Part shown: positions 1 to 7,700 of the stretch, in pieces
Layout: the number at the start of each line of letters is the position of its first letter
How positions within the stretch are numbered: the stretch's first letter is position 1
NCBI GenBank assembly: GCA_036560395.1
Contig: DATBRJ010000111.1
Span: 1 to 44,165, forward strand
Source of the DNA: Actinomycetes bacterium
GTDB lineage: Bacteria; Actinomycetota; Actinomycetes; JAKEEW01
Reading direction: 5' to 3'
DNA length: 44,165 bases
Notes under the pieces: model-generated
Databases searched by the model: none
The model's input: the letters and a program-made list of their open reading frames with translations, nothing else
What the model was told of the DNA's origin: nothing
Position numbers and translations under genes: made by a program

Positions 1-114
1 TCGTAGCCGCTCATGTACCTGTCGGCGAGCCCGGCGACGTCTCGGCCGTCGCGAGGTGATCGGTTGCGCGGCGCGTGGCGGGCGCTGCGGGGACGGTAAG
101 AGGCGCGGCCCCGG

Positions 115-327
115 CTAGGCCAACCGCTCAGCGTCGGAATAAGCAGCGCTACAGATCCGCACCACGAGATCCGCGGGGTACACGGTCAGCTCGACGATCT
201 CGTCCTGCGTCATGCCGGACATGGCCGCACCGGCGATCGCTCGGGCGAGCCGGTTCCGTGCCTCGACGAGCTCGTCCTGAGCCCGCTGATAGTCCTCAAG
301 GGCGATCGTCAGTCCGTCCGCGGTCAT
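115..327 (-). CDS. small hypothetical protein (70 aa, from an internal ATG of ORF 115..516)
   Basis: The first 63 codons of the tracked ORF are Arg/Pro/Ala-rich noise. Protein-like sequence begins at MTADGLTIALEDYQRAQDELVEARNRL. I checked the ATG at 327-325 in the sequence. No family recognised. Confidence 0.4.
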   Translation of the reverse strand: MTADGLTIALEDYQRAQDELVEARNRLARAIAGAAMSGMTQDEIVELTVYPADLVVRICSAAYSDAERLA

Positions 328-409
328 GCCCGCAGCATGCCGTCGAGCTGCGGAGTTCGCCACCCGACGGCGCATTAGCAGGTTCGCCACGGGACGAATC
401 GGCGTTCCG

Positions 410-1489
410 CTAGCCAGCGGCTGTTCTGGGTGGACTAGCCGGACTTGCGTGGGGTCTGTCGCCGTTGAGCAGCGCGGTGCCGAGCGGGCTGGCGGTGTGC
501 AGAACAATGCCGCCACGGCGGCGGGTGATGACCAGACCCGCGTCGCGCAGGACGGCGACGTGGTAGCTGGCGGTCGGCGGTGACACCCCGAGTTGGTCGG
601 CGAGTTCGGAGGTGGTGCAGCCGTGGCCGGCGACTTCCAGTGCGGAGGCTCGGGTGGCTCCGAGCAGGGCGGCCAGCGCCTTGCGGGTCGATTCTGGTGC
701 CGTGCGGGACCAGAGTCGATAGGCGTCGGTCAGGTCGCGTAGTGCCGGGTAGAACATCACCGCTGGCCGGTCGGGGTCGGCGAGGCCGATGTAGGTGGTG
801 ATCCGGCGGCAGAACACAGACGGGACCAGGACCAGGCCCCTGCCGTCGAGCCGAAGGTGTGCCGAGTCACCGTTCCCGTGGTCGATTTCCAGGACGCCGC
901 CGCGCCAGCGCATGCCCGGGTGGGTGTTGTTGAGGAGCTGCTCGACGCCACCGCCGGCCAGCAGGCGGGCGCTAGCAGCGGTCTCGGTGGCCAGGTAGGC
1001 CCAGATGTGGGTCCAGTTCGACCCCAAGGCATTGGCGGTGTAGGCGTCCATGAGATCGGCGAACCTCGACCGAACGGCCGTGTCGGCGGCCAGATGGAAG
1101 GCCCAGCCCGGAATCTTGGTGATGCCGTCCCGCCGCTGGGATGCGCGGCAGTTCGGGGCAGCCTCGATCTCGGCCCGCAGATGCCTGCGGTCGACACCCA
1201 GCAGCGCCTGCCTGCCCTCGCTCACGCTGCCGACCCGTCCGATCAAGGTGAACAGATCCAGCCGGGGTGGATTGCCGCCGATCAACTGCCGCAACGGCCC
1301 CGCCGTCACGCCGGCCGCTCGGCCCGCCGCCGGCCGGACCAGTTGGTCACGCCAGCCGGCGAACAGCACCCCGCGCCCACGCTCGCCGGTCACCACACCG
1401 AGGCTGAACATCGCCTCCGCGTACGGCCCGTAACAAGTGCCAACCCGAGTGCGGGCTAGATCGTCCGCGGTCAACTCGATCACGGTCAT
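410..1489 (-). CDS. ArsR-family winged-helix transcriptional regulator with a large N-terminal domain of unknown function
   Basis: C-terminal wHTH: CTTSELADQLGVSPPTASYHVAVLRDAGLVITRRRGGIVLH. Start taken at the ATG at 1489 (MTVIELTADDL), preceded by a GGTGG SD-like sequence. The perfect inverted repeat at 1527-1552 lies just upstream. Confidence 0.75.
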   Translation of the reverse strand: MTVIELTADDLARTRVGTCYGPYAEAMFSLGVVTGERGRGVLFAGWRDQLVRPAAGRAAGVTAGPLRQLIGGNPPRLDLFTLIGRVGSVSEGRQALLGVDRRHLRAEIEAAPNCRASQRRDGITKIPGWAFHLAADTAVRSRFADLMDAYTANALGSNWTHIWAYLATETAASARLLAGGGVEQLLNNTHPGMRWRGGVLEIDHGNGDSAHLRLDGRGLVLVPSVFCRRITTYIGLADPDRPAVMFYPALRDLTDAYRLWSRTAPESTRKALAALLGATRASALEVAGHGCTTSELADQLGVSPPTASYHVAVLRDAGLVITRRRGGIVLHTASPLGTALLNGDRPHASPASPPRTAAG

Positions 1490-1526
1490 GAATCCCACCA
1501 CCGTGGTGTCTGCCTGCGACCTACCA

Positions 1527-1552
1527 CCACATTCGACCACGCTCGAATGTGG
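1527..1552. promoter_or_regulatory. perfect 10-bp inverted repeat CCACATTCGA-N6-TCGAATGTGG, candidate operator in a divergent promoter region
   Basis: Read directly from the sequence. It lies 38 nt upstream of the ArsR-like gene start and 137 nt upstream of the divergent secreted-protein gene. Confidence 0.4.
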
Positions 1553-1688
1553 GCTACCAGGTGCCGAGCCGAGCCTTCACCATCAGCGCACCGCGTGAAC
1601 TCGACCGGTCCGGTCAGCGGCCAAAGCGGGCCACGCCGGGGTGCCCGCCGTCCTCCAATCCAATCAGCGCAACGAACAGGAGGAACCA

Positions 1689-2069
1689 GTGAGAAGAGCA
1701 TGCATAGTGCTAATGGCGGCCCTGGTCGCGCTGCTTGCCCAAACCGTCACAGCCAGCGCCCACACTTCGACAATCTATGGCCCCTTTAGCGATGGCCCCA
1801 ACTGGGCGAGGGTCTACGACGGTCACAGGACCGTCGAAGTCCACGACGGCCACTGCGGTGGCACCCTGCACACGGCAAGGATCCAGTTTCGCAGGACAGC
1901 CACTAATGGGACTACTGAGTGGATCTACGACGACAACGGGTGCGCACCGGGCAACGGCGTCTTCACCCTTCCGTCCAGTACCGTCCTAGACTTTCAACTC
2001 TGTGTCGGCGACCATGACGGCCCACCGTGGGGGGCCGACAACTGGTGCACCGGTATGCGCACCGCCTAG
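1689..2069 (+). CDS. small secreted protein with four cysteines, unknown family
   Basis: GTG at 1689 lies 4-5 nt after AGGAGGA (1678-1684). Signal-peptide-like N-terminus RRACIVLMAALVALLAQTVTASA. The mature part has 4 Cys. Confidence 0.6.
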   Translation: MRRACIVLMAALVALLAQTVTASAHTSTIYGPFSDGPNWARVYDGHRTVEVHDGHCGGTLHTARIQFRRTATNGTTEWIYDDNGCAPGNGVFTLPSSTVLDFQLCVGDHDGPPWGADNWCTGMRTA

Positions 2070-2318
2070 AAAGAGCCGCCAGCTTCGTAGTCGTAACTCG
2101 TTGACGAGACCTATTCCGTAACACGGGCCGAACGCGACGCAACAGTGCCCCGGCCAAGGCGTACGCACCGACCGCCCGGTTGAGGTGCTGCTACGGCACA
2201 GAGAAGGTTGTTGTACCGGTCCCGCCCGCGGAGCTGGCGTGGCGGCGGACAAACCTTGGACCCCCGATCACCACGGCCGGGGGTCCGGTCTGTCATACGC
2301 CGCAGCTACCGTCCAAGC

Positions 2319-2636
2319 ATGGCTGTCAAGCGAGCGAAGCCCGACCCTGACGGCATCATCACCGCACAGCTCGCCGGCACCGCGGGCCGGTACGTGAGCC
2401 GCAAACCGCTGGACATCGAGGCTGCGGTCGCGGAGCTGCGGGAGATTGCCAACGGCCGCGGCGACCTGCTGGCCGAACGGGCCGGGATCACACTCGGCTT
2501 CTATGCTCGCGAAAACAGGGACGAGTGGCAGCGCAAGGCGCTTGAGGCCGCGTTGTGCATCGCCGCCGGGGCCGACCTGACCCGGCTCACCGAATGGATC
2601 GCTGTGGGGCAGGAGCGGGCGGAGCGGATCCGCTAG
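2319..2636 (+). CDS. hypothetical protein (105 aa)
   Basis: Internal ATG at 2319 (MAVKRAKPDPDG...). The upstream part of ORF 2208..2636 is Arg-rich noise. A hairpin follows 16 nt after the stop. No obvious SD. Confidence 0.45.
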   Translation: MAVKRAKPDPDGIITAQLAGTAGRYVSRKPLDIEAAVAELREIANGRGDLLAERAGITLGFYARENRDEWQRKALEAALCIAAGADLTRLTEWIAVGQERAERIR

Positions 2637-2651
2637 ACGAGGGGCACAGAA

Positions 2652-2694
2652 AGATCCCCGCGAGCCTCCCTCCTCCGGGGCTGGCGGGAATCTT
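2652..2694 (+). terminator. imperfect hairpin AGATCCCCGCGAGCC-N13-GGCTGGCGGGAATCT downstream of 2319..2636
   Basis: 15-nt arms with 2 mismatches, read from the sequence. The stem sequence is shared with the hairpin at 3171-3211. Confidence 0.4.
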
Positions 2695-2925
2695 CAATGT
2701 GTGCGTTCGGATAGCTTCGGCGCATAATGCCGCTAAATGACTATGCAGAACGCGCCGACCAGCTGGCTTGGAATGTTGTGCTCGCTTCACCCACGAGCCG
2801 CAGGCGTCCCAGAACTTGTCGGCGGCGACCACGTAGTGCCCTGCTCGTACTCGCGTCGGCCTCATCGCATGTCGTCGAGAGCATCGAGGGCATCGAATGA
2901 ACCTTCACTCGCAAGTGAGGCAGGA

Positions 2926-3135
2926 ATGTCACAGCGTTTCCGTTTGCGGGAAAAGGCTCGCAACCTGAGCCGTGAGACTTGGATTGCGATCATTTTCCTG
3001 CTCATAGCCTGGGCACTGATCGTCGTTGTGGTCCTAGTCACAGGTCACAAGTCCGGCCACGAACGGGGTAATACGGCCACTGTCAGCGCCACACTGCCCG
3101 CCTGGTGTTGCATCCTTTCCTTGCGAGCAAGTTAG
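2926..3135 (+). CDS. small single-pass membrane protein (69 aa), hypothetical
   Basis: ATG at 2926 lies 5 nt after GAGG (2917-2920). TM segment WIAIIFLLIAWALIVVVVLV. Locally lower GC. A strong hairpin lies 36 nt after the stop. Confidence 0.35.
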   Translation: MSQRFRLREKARNLSRETWIAIIFLLIAWALIVVVVLVTGHKSGHERGNTATVSATLPAWCCILSLRAS

Positions 3136-3170
3136 GCCGAGGGCGAAGCCAGGGCGACAGGACAGATGAT

Positions 3171-3211
3171 GATCCCCGCGAGCGGTCCCGGTGTGGATGC
3201 TCGCGGGGATC
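3171..3211. terminator. perfect 13-bp stem hairpin GATCCCCGCGAGC-N15-GCTCGCGGGGATC between convergent ORFs
   Basis: Read from the sequence. It sits between the end of 2926..3135 (+) and the end of 3233..3430 (-), so it could terminate both. Confidence 0.5.
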
Positions 3212-3232
3212 TTCTTCTCTCGTGCGGATGAG

Positions 3233-3430
3233 CTACTCGGTGCCTCCCTCCACGGTGGGCAGGAGTTTGACGCCGAGGTCGTAGCACAGCTGCCGTGCGA
3301 CATCGACGGGGAGCCACCACGTCGACTGGATGCTGCCGCTGATCGCGGCGACGGACGCGTCATGGCCGATTGCGAACAGCTGAACCGTGTTGGGGTCGCG
3401 CTGGTCGGCGATGACCTGCACACTTTGCAT
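3233..3430 (-). CDS. small hypothetical protein (65 aa)
   Basis: ATG at 3430 is preceded by AAGGAGGGGCCC, a strong SD. Sequence MQSVQVIADQRDPNTVQLFAIGHD... The longer tracked ORF 3233..3643 has a noise-like N-terminus. Confidence 0.5.
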   Translation of the reverse strand: MQSVQVIADQRDPNTVQLFAIGHDASVAAISGSIQSTWWLPVDVARQLCYDLGVKLLPTVEGGTE

Positions 3431-3501
3431 GGGCCCCTCCTTGGTAGGGGTCAAGGCCCTCGGCTGGTGTTCGCGCACCACCGGGGGCCGCCTATTTTGT
3501 G

Positions 3502-3726
3502 TCAGCTCTCCTCTCGCGGTCGTGGCCGCATCGTCGGGTCGGGATGGTCCGCCATGGCGAGCAGATGGGCTCTCAGCGCGGCGGTGATGATGGCCGAGAC
3601 GGATTGGTGCGTCTGCTCGGCGTAATCGGCCACGCGCTGCCACAGCTGCTCATCGCGCACGTAGATCGTGCGCTTGCCGGACGGGCTCACGAGGCGCAAT
3701 CTACCGGCCGTAGAAGCGACGTACAA
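3502..3726 (-). CDS. ribbon-helix-helix (CopG/Arc-like) DNA-binding protein
   Basis: KRTIYVRDEQLWQRVADYAEQTHQSVSAIITAALRAHL fits a beta-strand/helix/helix RHH pattern. The tracked start is TTG at 3726. A GTG at 3690 is an alternative start. Confidence 0.55.
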   Translation of the reverse strand: MYVASTAGRLRLVSPSGKRTIYVRDEQLWQRVADYAEQTHQSVSAIITAALRAHLLAMADHPDPTMRPRPREES

Positions 3727-3884
3727 GAGGCGGATAAATGACGTACTCAGTAGGGCTGACCTGCTAACGCCTTGCTAACGACTTACGCGAACGGCAGCGA
3801 ACCCGCCCGGACGCTTTGAGCGCTATTCAGGTCAGACCCGATACCGTGAACCTCGATGAACCTCGACGGTTGCGTCTCGTACAA

Positions 3885-3928
3885 CTTCCAAGCTGGTGGT
3901 GCCGGTTCGATCCCGGTCACCCGCTCCA
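3885..3928 (+). other. orphan 3' half of a tRNA-Gly(UCC) gene (anticodon loop to CCA), an att-site-like scar and not a functional tRNA
   Basis: CTTCCAA (loop with UCC anticodon), GCTGG, TGGT, T arm GCCGG-TTCGATC-CCGGT, acceptor 3' strand CACCCGC, discriminator T, CCA. No GCGGGTG 5' strand or D arm in the preceding 120 nt. Confidence 0.7.
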
Positions 3929-4192
3929 CCAAGGGGCCGCGTGACTTCACATAGGCCGCGTGATCGCCAAGCTCGCGGGTGGCCATGGTGTGGACAACGC
4001 TGCCAGCCGCGCCGGCACGCTCTGGGCCACCCACCGCGGTCTCAGCTGAAGGCGGCACTGGGGCGGGACTTCACGCTGAACCCAGGCGCGCTTAGTTCGG
4101 AATGCTTCCGGGTGAGCGATGAGTTTGCCGGTGCCGCGGCGTCTTACCGGCAAAGGAGGACCCGCCGTACATTCCCGGGAGGAGTATCACGC

Positions 4193-4414
4193 ATGCGACC
4201 TGACCTAGACGCCCCTGAGCACCGCGACCTACCGTCCGGGCTGCCCAAACCGGCGCAACGGGCCCTCGCCGCCGCCGGGTACACCAGCCTGGACCAACTC
4301 ACCCAGGTCAGCGAGGCAGACCTCGGCCGACTGCACGGGGTTGGCCCAAACGCGATCGAAAAACTGCGGCGAGCTCTCGCCGAGAGCGGCCGTTCCTTCG
4401 CCACGAACAGTTGA
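4193..4414 (+). CDS. small helix-hairpin-helix DNA-binding protein (73 aa)
   Basis: ATG at 4193 lies after GGGAGGAG. HhH-like LHGVGPNAIEKLRRAL. The N-terminal part of tracked ORF 3896..4414 is noise and runs over the tRNA fragment. Confidence 0.6.
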   Translation: MRPDLDAPEHRDLPSGLPKPAQRALAAAGYTSLDQLTQVSEADLGRLHGVGPNAIEKLRRALAESGRSFATNS

Positions 4415-4588
4415 ACCCCAACAAAGTGCCGACCGTCCTCCGCCTACGATGAGCCGACGACCTTCGATCTTGGCCATCCCGTAGCCGTGCCCGCCGTTGT
4501 CCCTTTGTGGCCAGGTGGTAAGGGACGTCCACCCGGGACTGAATCGTTGGTCCTGTGGGTGACAGCCTGGCTACGCGAGGTGTGACTG

Positions 4589-5551
4589 GTGCAGGTCTCC
4601 GGCTATCGGGACGGTCCTGCGATCCGTGTCGCGGGCTTGGGCAAGCGGTTTGGTGACCGGGTCGCGTTCGAGGACATGTCGTTCGAGGTCGGCTATGGCG
4701 AGGTGTTCGGTTTCCTCGGTCCGAACGGCGCGGGGAAGACGACAACTGTGCGAACGCTGGGAACGCTCGTCGTGCCAACTTCAGGCTCCGCGACCGTGGC
4801 CGGGCTACCGCTGACGTCAGACAACGAGGTAGAGATCCGCCGACGGATCGCGATCATGCCTGAGTCACCGGGCCTGTATCTGCGTTTGAGCGTGGCCGAG
4901 AATCTGCAGTGTTTCGCCGATCTGTACGAAGTCCCCGATGGGCCCGGTCGGATCGATCAGGCCCTGCAGGCCGTCGACCTGACCGGTAGAGCTCAGGATG
5001 TGTGCGGCGCGTTGTCCAAGGGTTTGCGTCAGCGCGTTGCTTTGGCGAGGGTATTGCTGAGTGACCCGGAGGTCCTGTTTCTTGACGAGCCGACGGCGGG
5101 TCTGGACCCAGTCGCCACCCTTGACGTCTATGAGCTGATCGATGGACTTCGCCGACGCGGCGTCACGATCTTCCTCACCACCCACCGCCTCGAGGAGGCC
5201 GAGCGACTGTGCGACCGCGTCGCGATCCTCAACACGACGCTGCGCGCGGTCGGCCCACCGGCGCAATTGCGCGACCGGCTGTTCGCGAAGACACTCACAG
5301 TCAGGACCGTCGTACCGCTTGCCGACCCAGATGCGCTGTTCACGGGACTGCCGGCCGTCGAGGGATGGCGGCGCGACGGCTCGGCCAGCTACGTCCTCAT
5401 TGTGTCCGACCCGACCCATGCAGCACCAAGCGTCACCCGAGCTCTCGTGGCCGCTGGCGCCGACGTGCTGTCCGTCGGTGAGTCACGTCACTCGCTCGAG
5501 GATGTCTATCTCCAGCTAATCGATCAACGCAGTGAGAGCGGCACGCCGTGA
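4589..5551 (+). CDS. ABC transporter ATP-binding protein (ABC-2/DrrA-like exporter subunit)
   Basis: Walker A GPNGAGKTT, signature LSKGLRQR, Walker B LLFLDEPTAGLD. GTG start follows GAGGTG. 4-nt overlap with the downstream permease. Confidence 0.9.
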   Translation: MQVSGYRDGPAIRVAGLGKRFGDRVAFEDMSFEVGYGEVFGFLGPNGAGKTTTVRTLGTLVVPTSGSATVAGLPLTSDNEVEIRRRIAIMPESPGLYLRLSVAENLQCFADLYEVPDGPGRIDQALQAVDLTGRAQDVCGALSKGLRQRVALARVLLSDPEVLFLDEPTAGLDPVATLDVYELIDGLRRRGVTIFLTTHRLEEAERLCDRVAILNTTLRAVGPPAQLRDRLFAKTLTVRTVVPLADPDALFTGLPAVEGWRRDGSASYVLIVSDPTHAAPSVTRALVAAGADVLSVGESRHSLEDVYLQLIDQRSESGTP

Positions 5552-6270
5552 ACGTGAGCAGGCAGCATGTGCGAGCAATCCGCCGCAAGGAGTTCCGGGA
5601 GTACCGGCGTAACGGCAACCTCGTCTTCGCGACCGCGATTCTCCCACTGATCTTCCTTATTCAGCCGGTGATCCAGGTCTTCACCCTGCCCACCTCTGCG
5701 TCGATGACGCTGCGTCACGAGCATTCACTCGTCTACATGCTGGCCATTCCGGTTCTCGTGCCCGCTGTGCTCGCCTCCTACGCGGTGGTCGGTGAGCGAG
5801 TGCAGGGCACCCTCGAACCGGTACTCACCACTCCGGTTCGTCCCGAGGAACTCCTGCTCGGCAAGGCCATGGCGGCCTTCGTCCCGTCGGTTTTCGTCGC
5901 GTACGCGGTCTTCGCCCTGTTCGTGGCGATCGTGGAGTTCTTCGCCCGTGCGGCAGTTGCCTCCGCGGTCATCCAAGGTCCGGATCTGCTCGCCCAGCTG
6001 CTGTTCACCCCGCTGCTTGCCAGCTGGTCCATATGGGTTGGCATCGCCATATCGGCAAGGTCGAGCGACCCGCGCACCGCAACGCAGATCTCGGTTCTCA
6101 TGAGTCTTCCGACGGTGGCGGTGACAACGCTAATTGCCCTCAACGTCATCCCCGCCACCCTCGGCATCGCTGTTGGGTTCGGCGCGGCCCTGCTGGTCCT
6201 CGTTCTCGTGGGCTGGCGGGTTGTGTCGGTCATCTTCGACCCCGAACGACTCATCACCAACACCAAGTAA
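5548..6270 (+). CDS. ABC-2 type transporter permease
   Basis: Six predicted hydrophobic segments. GTGA overlap with the ATPase gene. Confidence 0.85.
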   Translation: MNVSRQHVRAIRRKEFREYRRNGNLVFATAILPLIFLIQPVIQVFTLPTSASMTLRHEHSLVYMLAIPVLVPAVLASYAVVGERVQGTLEPVLTTPVRPEELLLGKAMAAFVPSVFVAYAVFALFVAIVEFFARAAVASAVIQGPDLLAQLLFTPLLASWSIWVGIAISARSSDPRTATQISVLMSLPTVAVTTLIALNVIPATLGIAVGFGAALLVLVLVGWRVVSVIFDPERLITNTK

Positions 6271-6451
6271 CGCGATTTCGCGCGCGCTCGACCATCCGTC
6301 GCCGATGACCAGTGGGACTCCGTCGCCGGCGCAGCGAAACTAGCGCGATGCCATCCTTACCGTCTTTCAGCACTTAGCGGTTCGGCGACGCATCGGCTCG
6401 CGCATGCGCGGATAGATTGGTGGCGTCGATCCTGCGAGGGGAGGACGCATT

Positions 6452-6934
6452 GTGACGGCCAAGAGTGACTTCACCGAAGAGGAATGGATCAGAGTCCGGC
6501 GAGCACCATTCGTCGCCGGGATGGCCATCTCCCTAGCCGACCCCGGCGGTCCCATCGAGGTGACGAAGGAGTCGATGGCGACGATCAAGTCGGCGACCAA
6601 CCCGCCCAGCCGCGAGCAGCTGCTCACTGAGATCGCCCTGGACATCCAGTCCATGACCCAGCAAAAGCAGAACCCGCTCGGTGACTTCACGCTGAGCAAG
6701 GACGCGAAGCCCGGACAACAGGTCCTCGATGAGCTACGAGCGGTCAAAGGGATCGTCACCTTGAAGGCGACCACCGCGGAAACCAACGCGTTCAGCCACT
6801 GGCTGGTGATGACAGCGCAGGCCGCGGCCGACGCCGCCAAGGAAGGTGGGTTCCTCGGCTTCGGTGCGAAGCAGGTCAGCCAGGGCGAAAAGGACATGCT
6901 CGACCAGGTGCGTTCCGCCCTCGGTACGGAGTGA
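6452..6934 (+). CDS. conserved-looking cytoplasmic hypothetical protein (160 aa)
   Basis: GTG at 6452 follows GAGGGGAGG. Balanced, acidic, helical-looking sequence. The antisense ORF 6367..6897 looks like noise. Confidence 0.65.
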   Translation: MTAKSDFTEEEWIRVRRAPFVAGMAISLADPGGPIEVTKESMATIKSATNPPSREQLLTEIALDIQSMTQQKQNPLGDFTLSKDAKPGQQVLDELRAVKGIVTLKATTAETNAFSHWLVMTAQAAADAAKEGGFLGFGAKQVSQGEKDMLDQVRSALGTE

Positions 6935-7164
6935 CCAGGAGCGACCGGTGCGCTTCAGGCGGCGACCGTCCGTTCAGTGAGGGTTGTGGTTGGTCTCAGT
7001 CGTCCTGGATAGCGAGATCGAGCTGGCTGAGGCGGGCAGGTTTGCGCCGCGGCCGGCGTCCGTGTGACACCGATGAGTACAGGCTGAGGATTTCGTCTAA
7101 CACCAGAGGCCATGACTAATGCGCGGCTAATGCCGGCTGCGTCGCGCCAACCGGAGGTGAACAG

Positions 7165-7695
7165 ATGACCGAACGCGAACCCGTCGAGGTCAGCAATCTC
7201 GATCGATACGGCTTCCCGCCGCTGCCATGGAGCCGCCCCCGCGACCTCCTCGCCGCCGGCCCACCAGGGCCCGACACACCGTTCTTCATCGGGACGTCCC
7301 GGCCGGACGGCCGGCCTCATGCAGCCGGAATCGGGGCCCTGTGGCTCGATGGCGAGATCTACTTCACCAGCGGCCCCGGCACCCGCAAGTCACAGAACCT
7401 GTCGGCGAACCCCGCCTGCACTATCTCCACCCATCTCGAAGGCATCGACCTCGTTCTGGAGGGCGAAGCGACCAGGGTCACCGATCAGCAAACGCTCGAG
7501 GAGGCGGCCAGCGGGTACCGGGAGGGCGGGTGGCCGGCCGAGGTCGAGGGCGATGCGTTCACCGCCCCGTACAGCGCGCCCAGCGCAGGCCCGCCTCCCT
7601 GGTATCTCTACCGCTTCACTGTTGATACCGCGTTCGGAGTGGCGACGGCCGAGCCGTACGGCGCGACCCGTTGGCGGTTCGCCGCTGGGGGGTAG
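7165..7695 (+). CDS. pyridoxamine 5'-phosphate oxidase-fold (PNPOx-like) family protein
   Basis: ATG follows GGAGGTG. FFIGTSRPDGRPHAAGIGALWLDGEIYFTSGPGTRKSQNL is typical of the split-barrel PNPOx-like family. Confidence 0.75.
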   Translation: MTEREPVEVSNLDRYGFPPLPWSRPRDLLAAGPPGPDTPFFIGTSRPDGRPHAAGIGALWLDGEIYFTSGPGTRKSQNLSANPACTISTHLEGIDLVLEGEATRVTDQQTLEEAASGYREGGWPAEVEGDAFTAPYSAPSAGPPPWYLYRFTVDTAFGVATAEPYGATRWRFAAGG

Positions 7696-7700
7696 CGCAG

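Noticed and set aside
1-14. Possible start (ATG at 14-12, minus strand) of a gene running off the left edge
   Set aside because: Only four codons are visible. The frame is open with high GC3 but it cannot be supported from this window.
3855-3928. A complete tRNA gene ending at 3928
   Set aside because: The 5' acceptor strand (GCGGGTG), the D arm and the anticodon-stem 5' strand (CCAGC) are absent. The sequence upstream of 3885 is unrelated, so only the 3' half is present.
3560-3931. 3' end of a tmRNA (ssrA), suggested by the ...CTCCACCA terminus
   Set aside because: The anticodon-loop-like CTTCCAA, the spacing and the U discriminator fit tRNA-Gly. There is no alanine-type acceptor pairing partner and no ...ALAA tag reading frame upstream. 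The region is occupied by the RHH gene.
6367-6897. ORF 6367..6897 (-, 176 aa)
   Set aside because: It is antisense to 6452..6934, which has an SD-supported start and a more protein-like sequence.
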